Origin: a virus
Virus record (IMG/VR): IMGVR_UViG_3300035698_022738
Coordinates: 32,852 to 96,851 of that record
Direction: 5' to 3' (one strand)
Length of the DNA: 64,000 nt
The notes under the pieces are model-generated. The model did not search any database. It was not told the origin of the DNA and was given only the letters and a program-made list of their open reading frames with translations. Shown here one piece after another: positions 49,963 to 59,200 of this stretch (the first letter of the stretch is position 1; each line of letters starts with the position of its first letter). The position numbers and the translations under genes are program-made.

Positions 49963-50451
49963 ATGAGATTTTTGGCTTATGCTCGTTACGTTTTTATTCA
50001 CAAGTGGTACGTGTTTTGGGCCTGTTTGAAGCTTGGAGTTCCTATTTGGCTGGCAATTTTTCATGACGCATCAAAGTTCCTGCCCAGGGAGTTTATTCCT
50101 TACGCATATCAGTTCTATGACTCGAAGGGTGCTCCTAAAGATGTAAGAGATTCGAGTGGTGCCTATGACCCGAATTCTCAGTCGGATTCGTTCAAAAAAG
50201 CTTGGATATCTCATCAAAAAAATTGTCATCATTGGCAGGCATGGGTATCTATTGGGAATTTCGGGACCCTGGAGCCCTCCCCATTTCCGGAGAGATATGT
50301 CCGTGAGATGGTGGCAGACTGGATAGGGGCTGGGAAAGCTCGTGGGCAATCTGACCCGTCCGGTTGGTTTGAAAAGAACAGAAGTAGCATGGTGATCCAT
50401 CCGGAAACGGAAAAAAGAATTGATGAGATACTTGAGGGACTCGGTGAGTAG
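49963..50451 (+). CDS. DUF5662-like HD-related protein
   Basis: HKWYV, HDASKF, AW..H..N.HHWQ, EMVADW. Confidence 0.75.
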   Translation: MRFLAYARYVFIHKWYVFWACLKLGVPIWLAIFHDASKFLPREFIPYAYQFYDSKGAPKDVRDSSGAYDPNSQSDSFKKAWISHQKNCHHWQAWVSIGNFGTLEPSPFPERYVREMVADWIGAGKARGQSDPSGWFEKNRSSMVIHPETEKRIDEILEGLGE

Positions 50452-52315
50452 AATCTTTGAGTAAAAGAAGAGGCAGATATGCAAGAGCACGAGAACGTCC
50501 AGTATGGACGGGTGAGAATTTTAGCATTGGGTCAGATGGTGCAGAACCTTTTGGGAGACGATCCCAATACTGTTATCCAGTTGACATACCAGTTGGATGA
50601 TAGTGGGAATCAAGGCTATCCTCGGTTTATTGAAGTTACTTGCTCAACACCGCTTGCTGTCAGTATGGAAAAGATAAGGCAGGCAGTGGAACAGACCATG
50701 GAGGGGAACTGGTTATTTTTGGGGTCAGTTCCGAGAGAGGGAACGGCTGCTGAGGGGGTATTCATCACGGCTACATTCCAACGGCTTGTGACTATAGTTG
50801 GGAATACCCAACATATTTGATACATTTTTCGTTCTATCCTATAGGAGAGTTTTACATGAAATTGCTAGGAGTTGTCGTAATTCTGCTGATTGCTATTTTC
50901 TTGCTGGTGAGTCCGACCTTTGCCCAGAATACAGATCGCCCTCCGCAAATGCAGGGGTTTTGGGTGTGTCAGGATACTTGGTGTCTTGCTTTGCAGTGGA
51001 CAACTTCATGCCCACCAAGCGGCTGTCCTGTCGTTTATCCCTTTGGTTCCATAGTTTACGATTGGGAGCCAGTGATTGTGAAGGCACCCGCATGGATACA
51101 CTATTCCCTTCCACCTGGGCCGCATCGAGCGAGTTGATAAGAATACTGATTGAGTCAAAATGGAACAAAAAAGAGAGGAGCCAGTAGGCTATGGGAAAGA
51201 CGTTTACAAGCAGGGGAAGTGATCTCAGACAGGCGTTGGAAGCTGTTCGAGAGCAAGAGCAAAAATCTGTGGGTGACCGGGAGCTAATTTCTCGTGACGT
51301 TGGAGAATTGGTATGGGAGTATGTGCGAGAGCGGCTCTGGCACCTGAGATGGTCGTCCAGTGTCCAAAAGTACGATGAGAGGATTTCATTTACAATCTCA
51401 GAATCATCGAATAGTTCTAGCAACCTGGCCCAGAGAAGGTCAATTATGGCTCGCATGTTTGATCTGAGCGGAGAGTGTACTCTCGGTCCTGGTGTGCTTT
51501 TCCTGTGGAACGGGCGTGATTTCGAGGTCGTTGCTCAGTTCACTGATGATGCCTCTTCCACCCTGGCAACGTTAGTGAGTGAGGGGATGATACTGGACAG
51601 GTTTCAATTGGGTTTGTGCACGATGGCTCTGAGTAAGAAAGCTGATGGGCATAGCAAATTGCTCCATAGAGTCGATGAGAAAATCATCTACTTGAATGGT
51701 ATCCAAATGTTTCAGGCAAAGATTATAGACTCTGGTAAGAGCCCTGAGTAAGGGAAAGGAAAAGGAAAATGACTGAATTGATAAGTGAGATCAAGCTGTT
51801 GGATATTGAGGATGAGGTCAAGCTGGCTGGGTCACTTTTGGTTGTGGCTCAAGATATTTTGAAGGGTGTGCAAACTCTTTCCATAGGCATAACTCGGGTC
51901 CTGGTAGGCTCAGATGACCTTGCTCGTGAGCTGGACGGGGAAGCTGCCCACAAGAAGATTTCGAGTCTGATGGAGTCGGCAAAGAAGTCTGGTAGTATTC
52001 TTAATTTCATTGAGGGTCTACCTGCTGATGACCTCAAAAACTTCGGAGACATGAGTGCCAGGGCAATCAATGCCATTATGCTCGATGAGCAAGTCATGGG
52101 AACCAAGCTGGCTATTCAGAGCATCATTGAAGCTGAGCGAGCTTTGAAGGCTGCTTGCTCCGAGCTGAAAAAGTCTCAGAGTCTTTTGGAGGCAGTGGCA
52201 GAGGTTCCAGGAGAGTTGGAAGTGACAGCGGAGTCCATGAGCTCCGTGCTAGATGAGGTTTCTGAGATACTCTGCAAGAATTGTGATAGAAACGGAGAGC
52301 GCGTTGGAGAATCTT

Positions 52316-52969
52316 ATGGAGAGTGCTGAGGTCAAGCCCCAGGTTTTCATTTTAGCTGCGGGTGCTGGTGAACGTTGGCGAAGATCTGTCAGTGGCGGCA
52401 ATCCAAAGCAGACAATGAAGCTGGATGGTACTACCTCCATCATATCCAGGATCGAGGGGCAGTGCATCAGTCTCGGGTACACTCCGATTGTTGTAACCAA
52501 TTCAGACCAAATACGGGAATGCACGGGGCATAGTATGCAAGTGTCTCCACAGAATGATAAGTTCACTGTGGAGACACTTCTTTCATGTGAGTCCTGGTTT
52601 ATACATAGAAATGTCGTGTTGCTGGGGGACGTTGTTTATTCTCCGCAAGCTATCCGTAAGATATTGACCAGTCAGAGCAGCCTAAAATTCTTCGGAAGCA
52701 AGGATGAGATATTTGGACTCATATTTGAATATAGTCCCGAGCTCATGGACAAGTTGAAAGCTGTCTGGCAGGTTGCGGAGGCTGGTAAATGCTCTGGAAT
52801 CCTATGGTGTCTGTACAGGTTTTTAGAGGGCTTTGGCTACCAGGACTATAAATTTGGATCACTCTATGAGTTCATAGAGGACGGGACAGATGACATTGAT
52901 GAGTGGGTGGATTTCAATCGGATGCGGCATGCCTATCAATCCTTACGTGTGAAGTGGGGTGAGGTATGA
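52316..52969 (+). CDS. Nucleotidyltransferase (NTP transferase family)
   Basis: ILAAGAGERW..PKQ, LLGDV, DDID. Confidence 0.8.
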   Translation: MESAEVKPQVFILAAGAGERWRRSVSGGNPKQTMKLDGTTSIISRIEGQCISLGYTPIVVTNSDQIRECTGHSMQVSPQNDKFTVETLLSCESWFIHRNVVLLGDVVYSPQAIRKILTSQSSLKFFGSKDEIFGLIFEYSPELMDKLKAVWQVAEAGKCSGILWCLYRFLEGFGYQDYKFGSLYEFIEDGTDDIDEWVDFNRMRHAYQSLRVKWGEV

Positions 52970-53178
52970 TTGTAAACGAAGATCGTACAAATCCAGTTCA
53001 AGTAAAACAGGCTGAATGGCGAGGCCAGAGACGGCTTGATATTCGTCATATTTTCTACCGTGAGGATGGGGAAGTATTTCCAACCAAAAAGGGGGTAGCA
53101 ATCCCTGAAGAGGATATACCCTCGTTCATCGAAGCTATCCAAGGGGTTGTAGACGAAATGGGGACGCCCGATGAGTGA
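52966..53178 (+). CDS. PC4/YdbC-family ssDNA-binding protein
   Basis: EWRGQRRLDIR...PTKKGVAI. Confidence 0.85.
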   Translation: MIVNEDRTNPVQVKQAEWRGQRRLDIRHIFYREDGEVFPTKKGVAIPEEDIPSFIEAIQGVVDEMGTPDE

Positions 53179-53229
53179 GGCTGGTAGAGTTGGGGATTTA
53201 GAGGTACAATAACAGAGGAGGTACAAAAC

Positions 53230-53622
53230 ATGGTTATCGCAATAGGACCAAGGAGTCAGCAGGGACCAGGTGGGGGCATTGTGAGGTTGGACGTGCCACT
53301 TGCGACAGGCGCGGCTGTTTCTGATGTCATAGACCTGGAAGAGATGATGGCCGTTGGAGTTATGGTTCCTGTGGGTTTTGTGGGGAATGAGTTGTATTTT
53401 GAAGCTGGTTTTGGGCGTACAGGTGCTTACATGCATCCGCTCTATGATGATGCCGGGAATCGGATGATTGTAACCTGCGGAGCAGACAGGTATGTCGACT
53501 TTGAGCATGATGCTTTTGATGGTGTGCGTTTTCTGCGTATTCTGACAATGGCCCAGGGTTCTGAGCAGGTCCAGACATCTGATATTGTCCTTCAGCTTGC
53601 TTTGAGACGAGCTTTGTCATAG
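53230..53622 (+). CDS. Probable virion decoration protein
   Basis: Beta-sandwich-like sequence adjacent to the spike-base gene. Confidence 0.45.
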   Translation: MVIAIGPRSQQGPGGGIVRLDVPLATGAAVSDVIDLEEMMAVGVMVPVGFVGNELYFEAGFGRTGAYMHPLYDDAGNRMIVTCGADRYVDFEHDAFDGVRFLRILTMAQGSEQVQTSDIVLQLALRRALS

Positions 53623-53638
53623 TTCATGGAGGTGATCT

Positions 53639-53881
53639 ATGTTACTACGAAATCAAGACGCGAGTTCATTTTCCAATGGGTTTAGCATTACGCCCTCAGA
53701 TGTTGCGGAGATCACAGAGACTCGTGGAATCTTTGTTGGGGTGTCTGGAAATTTGAGGGTACAGACAGCTGGCGGAGATGACCTGACATTTGCAACAGTT
53801 CCTGTCGGGATATTTCCCGTCAAAGCTATAATGGTGTACGCCACCAGCACAACTGCCTCCAGTCTTGTGGGTGTGTACTAA
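53639..53881 (+). CDS. Head spike base protein (RcGTA rcc01079-like)
   Basis: ITPSD....TRGIFVGVSGNLRV...TF..VP.G..PV...V.ATSTTA..LVG pattern. Confidence 0.75.
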   Translation: MLLRNQDASSFSNGFSITPSDVAEITETRGIFVGVSGNLRVQTAGGDDLTFATVPVGIFPVKAIMVYATSTTASSLVGVY

Positions 53882-53905
53882 TGAGATCACGTAGGGGGGA
53901 ATAGT

Positions 53906-54514
53906 ATGATTCAAATGGATAGCGCACAAATCAAAAATTACATTGAAGCTATCGGTCCCTGGCATTACTGTTGGAAGCTGCCCTCCAACCATTTGACGGG
54001 TGATAGTGCACCAAACCTGATCCCGGAGAAGATGCCCATGATGATTGAATCTGGGGCGTTTGCCAGGGACAGCTACCCAGAAGTCTTGGACCTGGGGGCC
54101 AACTCAGGCTATATTTCCAAGTGGTTCGTAGAGAACAAGGATAGTCACGTCCTGGCTGTTGAGCGTGGTGAGAAGTTCTGGCTTCAGCTGAATTTCATTG
54201 TAGAAGTCTATGGGCTTGAGTCCAGGATTGCAACAATGAACGCACCCATTGAAGCTTGTGCATGGATGATCTCTGCGCCCTATGACTTGATCATATTCCT
54301 GGGGACTTTACACCATATTCAGCGCAAGCATCATGACAAGATTTTCGAGCACTGCTTTCAGGCACTTCGGCCTGGGGGTGAGATTGTAATCCAGACCAAG
54401 CGGGAAGAGGATGTCATTCAGAAGTTTGAAGCTGCTGGCTTTGAGGACGCAGACCTGCTTTACTGGAGTGACAAACAGGAAAGAGGCGCATGGGTAGCAA
54501 AAAGACCAAAGTAA
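53906..54514 (+). CDS. Class I SAM-dependent methyltransferase
   Basis: VLDLGANSG, YDLIIFLGTLHH, LRPGG. Confidence 0.85.
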   Translation: MIQMDSAQIKNYIEAIGPWHYCWKLPSNHLTGDSAPNLIPEKMPMMIESGAFARDSYPEVLDLGANSGYISKWFVENKDSHVLAVERGEKFWLQLNFIVEVYGLESRIATMNAPIEACAWMISAPYDLIIFLGTLHHIQRKHHDKIFEHCFQALRPGGEIVIQTKREEDVIQKFEAAGFEDADLLYWSDKQERGAWVAKRPK

Positions 54515-55322
54515 GTGCCAAGGAATTGAGAGTCTTGTTGGGCATTGAAGATGATGATGAGTTGGCAGTCCTTATGATGTCAATTCTATCCCGGCAAGTT
54601 GTCATGCTTCATTATTTGAGAGGCATGTTCCATCTGCTGGAGTTCTACAACCACGCTTTCGACACCGAGCATAACATGACTCATTCCTACAACGGCTTGC
54701 GTGGTCTCCTGGATGGGCTTGAGGAGACTCTATGGAAGCATGTTCCACCTCGGGCTGCGATCACGCCCCTCTTTAACTGGATTGAAGAGGGAGAGTTGCC
54801 GGAGGATATGCTTGAGATATTGAAGTGTGATCGACATGGCAGGAAATTTGGACCCAATGATCAAGAGGGAGAGCTCGGGAATGACTCATTTCGAGCTGCC
54901 ATGGGTATGGAGGCAACGAAGAAAAAGCCCTGATTCTAAGCCTTCTTTCGTTCTATAGAGTAGGAGTTCATTAAATCTTACAAGGAGACAAATATGTTAA
55001 AGCGACTAGCTTTGAAGCTCTTCGTGGCGTTAGGTCTCGAAGAGATTGTGTTGGAAAAGACACAAGAAAACGTCAAGGACTGGGCATACCGCGCACTTTG
55101 GGGGTATGCCGGGGGTGAGAACAACTATTTCCTGGCGGATGACATTCTGGCCCGTTATGCTCTTCAGATGCTATTGGAGCTGGAAACTAAGGCACTGTTT
55201 GAGAAAAGATATCAGGAACCCATTTCACCAGGATCATTGGCAGAGAGTGCTCAAGGGGGGATTGACGTTTGGGATTTGAAGAGGGGGAGGGTCGAGGATG
55301 ATGAGGACTAAAGCCAAGTCAA

Positions 55323-56069
55323 TTGACAGTGATTGAAGTAGACGGCCCGGTAGGGCAAGGAGACAGTATGTCAAATTTACATGCGTTAAAAAATCTGGTA
55401 CATGAGGATGAGGCATTCATGTTGTTTGAGTCGTTTGCGGTGTCCTCACATTTGGTCAAAGAAAACGTATACCGTTTCCGTGGTTTTCAGTTTGATACCA
55501 TGGAGAATCGAGAGCTCTTTTCTCCGCATGGTGATGATCTGATGCTGGTTTTCCGCCAGCCCTGGAACACGACAGAGCCCGTCAGTACAGTGGCTTTCAT
55601 GAAGTTGCCGTACAATTGCAGTCCCGAGTCGGATGAACTACAGTATTTGGGCAGCTACCCGCTCAATATAACAGACGTGGTAAGACAGGCCCATATGAAG
55701 CTGGTTCCAGATGAGTTCATCGGCAAGGTCAAATTCATTGATCGGAATGAAGGCCAGCTGGGTACGATTGCCCGCTATGAGTTGGAAAAGGACTCATTGC
55801 CGACAGTCAAAGAACGACGCATTTCAGTGGTGAGTTTTTTCACACCAGGATCGGGGAGCGACGGAGAGCCTACTATCAATCGAGTCGAGCTTTGGACCGG
55901 AGAGGGAACCTACGCGCTCCAGAACGAAGAGAGGTCCCCATTGCAGCTGGCTTTGATCCTGGAATATGCTGTAAGCAACACAGAGGCCTTATCGTATTTG
56001 ATGTGTCGAACAGCGTTTCCGATTTATGATGAGCACTGCAAGTCGCTTGGACTTGATAGCATGGCGTAG
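55323..56069 (+). CDS. Hypothetical protein
   Basis: 248-aa ORF; no recognised motif. Confidence 0.6.
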   Translation: MTVIEVDGPVGQGDSMSNLHALKNLVHEDEAFMLFESFAVSSHLVKENVYRFRGFQFDTMENRELFSPHGDDLMLVFRQPWNTTEPVSTVAFMKLPYNCSPESDELQYLGSYPLNITDVVRQAHMKLVPDEFIGKVKFIDRNEGQLGTIARYELEKDSLPTVKERRISVVSFFTPGSGSDGEPTINRVELWTGEGTYALQNEERSPLQLALILEYAVSNTEALSYLMCRTAFPIYDEHCKSLGLDSMA

Positions 56070-56216
56070 CTTAGAATCAAAGCCTCGTAGGGTCAGGGGA
56101 GTACCCCAGCTCATGCAGTATTTATATGTAGGTGTGACACGCATATAAATACATGTTATGTCAACAATGAAGCTGCTCCAAGGAACCGATAGTGGAGGGG
56201 GTACACTAAGGAACCT

Positions 56217-59200
56217 ATGAGGCTTTCAATTCTTTCATGCGGTTCAATCGTTGTAGATGGATCAAATGGCAACAGCAGGTTGCTATTTGGAGTCCCCGAT
56301 GGTGTCATTCATTCCCTCAAAGAGAGTGGCATGGATCACCCGACCATGGCGTTCACTACTTCCATGAGAGCCCCAGGTGTCGGGTCGATGGAACAAGCTA
56401 TCCCCATTTTTCGAGAGAGCCCTTACAGCAACGGAGAGCTCAGTGCATCCCTCATAAGACACAAACATGGCAGCGACTATTGTATTGAAGCTGACGGCGC
56501 AAAGCTCCTTTTCTCCGAGAGGGGCGATGTCTCAGTTTTGGATACCGCGAATTATGACCTGGCAATCATCAAAAACAAACATAGAGCTGACGCCCTGGGT
56601 GAGCACGTTATCACATGGCCCTGGCCGGATAGCGAGGTATCAATCGTGGATCACGACGTTCATTTTAGTTCCACGGAAAAGGTTTGGGGAAGGCTATCAG
56701 AGGTCCCCAGCAATTTGAAAAAAGTAGACGGCAAACCCTTGACTCTTTCCCAGGCCAATTGGCTGGCAAGTGCAGCGGATAGCATTGAAGCTGACGGAGA
56801 TGCCAAAGAGCCGTGGGCAATCGCCATGTCTCAATTCAAAAAAACCTTTGAGAAAACAGAGGATGGTTGGCAGAGAACCGAGTGCCTAACCGGACAGAGA
56901 GATAAGGAAACCGTCGGAACTGAAGCTGACTTGCAAGAGACAAACGTAGAGAGTGAAGGAACCTACGAGACAGAGCAATTTGGAAAAGTCTCAGTTGACA
57001 ACGTGCGCCGGGTAGAGATGGGAACCAAGCGCGGTATGACTGAAGCTAAGATTTTCTCAAGAGACGGTAGAACAACCACGACTCTTGTTGGAGGCGAAGC
57101 TGAGAATTTCCTGGACTGGTGGAACCAAAACAAACCAGAAGGACCCCAGAGTTCAAGAACCAATACCCTGCCGCCAGCCCCTACCGTAGTTTCGTCTCAA
57201 CCAAGCCCGTCTCAAAAGGGAGTCAGGCCAAAACCCCTAAGAAAAGCGGTTGCTGATTCTCAGGGAGCCCAGCAACTTGAAACAAAGCCAGAGAGTGAAG
57301 TTGGTGTTGAAGATGAAACAACGCCGCAAGAGGAGCCAGAGCAAATGAAAAAGGATCCAAAAGACAAATCAGAAGAGGCCCTGGCAGAAATGGCAGACGA
57401 AGAGGAACCTGATTTCAAAAAGGATTCCAAACCAGATCAATCAAATGAAGCTGACACAAAGCCCTCAGACGAAGAGAAGCCTGTAAATGACACAGAAGAA
57501 AATCAAGATCAATCAGTGGATAACACCGAAGAGAAGCCAACAGAATCAAATGAAGCTGATGAACCTCAGCCAAAGAAGTCAGCTAAGCCTACTGAGAGGC
57601 CCTCAGACGAAGAGAAGCCTAATCCTGAAGGGAATTCCTCTGAAGAGGATCAAGAGAATGAAGCTGACAGAGAGCCTAATCCCAAAGAGGATAAGAACAG
57701 CAATCAATCAGGCAAACCAAAAGTCCCGGCTTATCTTACAGAGGGAGAGACACCTGAAGCGCAACCACTACCAAAAGATACAGATGAGGACCCAGATCAG
57801 TCAAAGGGAAAGAAGTCCCCTGAGAATGAAGCTGACACAAAGGCAGATAGTGAGCCAGAGGATGAAGACATAGCAGATAGAGATCAAGAGAAAAAGGATC
57901 AATCAGAAGAAGAGGATTCAAGTAAGAAAAAACCCACAAAGAAAAAAGCAAAGGAACTACAGGCTAAGGAAAGACTAGAGAGAGCCTGGGTAGACAGAGA
58001 CTTTGAAAGCATTGAAGCTGAGAGAGTAGCAGAGAAGGCAGTAAGGGAAGTACAGGAAACAGTAGGGGAAAGCATTGGAGCTGAGAACGTAGGGGAAGTA
58101 CAGAGAGTAGGGAAGGCAGAAGGAGTCACGGAGCAGGGAACAGAGAGAACAGAAGAGAACACGGAGCATGGAACAGAGAGAGTAGGGAAAACAGAAGGAA
58201 AAGAAGAGAAAACAGAAGGAATCACGGAGCATGTAAAAATCAAAACAGAAGAGAACACGGAGCATGTAAAAATCAAAACAGAAGAATCCCGCCCCGCAGG
58301 GCGTGTGCAAAAATTCACAAACGCCAATCCGGAACACATCGCTCAAAAAGAGGGGCTCCAGGCTACAATGGATCGCTTTGCAGCCACCCTCCGGCAACAG
58401 TTCTGGGCCTCCGACATTGAAGCTGACACCGTTGACTGCTCTGGCACTTACAGGCCCTGGCTGGTAGAGTTGGAGCCTGGTCTGGCCTACGTGGAATTGA
58501 ATGGGGGCTACTTTGCGGTCCCCTACACAATAGAGGGATCAAAGAGAGAAGATATCAAGTTTGCTCCCAGAGAGCTTTGGTTGGATGCCGCCAGAACGTG
58601 GGGCATTGAAGCTGATGAGGCCCAGATCGACGCACTTTTGACATTCTACGCGCCCACAGGTGAGATACCTAAAATGGGCGCAGTGATGCTTGGAAAAGGT
58701 GAAATAACCAAAAACAAGGCAGGCCTGACTGCTACAGACTACCTGGCAGTTGAAGACCCAGACAAGCCTGCCACCTGGAGGCTGCCTGTGGCCGTTAAAC
58801 ACGGGCAACCAAGCCCTAGACTAATGAAGGCGGCTGCGGACGCTCTAGCAGCCCCAGGGGGCTTCAGGGGCAAATCCTATGAAGGTCCTAAAGCAGAGGG
58901 AGCACGAAAGAAGCTCCTGGCAATCTACAACAAGCTTGAGTTGGACGCGCCGGGGAGCCTGGCCCAGTTCAAGAGTATTTGGGAGAACGCTCCCAGTTAT
59001 GAAGACTGGCAGGCAAGCAAAAAGGGCTTTTCAGACATTGAAGCTCCCAGTTATCTTGAATGGGGAGCTGAGCATGGGGACCTCATGGCCCTGGCATTCT
59101 ACCCAGACCTCATGGACGTGAGTCGCACGCTTGAAGAAAAAACGGTAAAAGAATGGACAGAAGAAGGCCCCGAGAGACGTTTGGGAGACGTGCTAACCTC

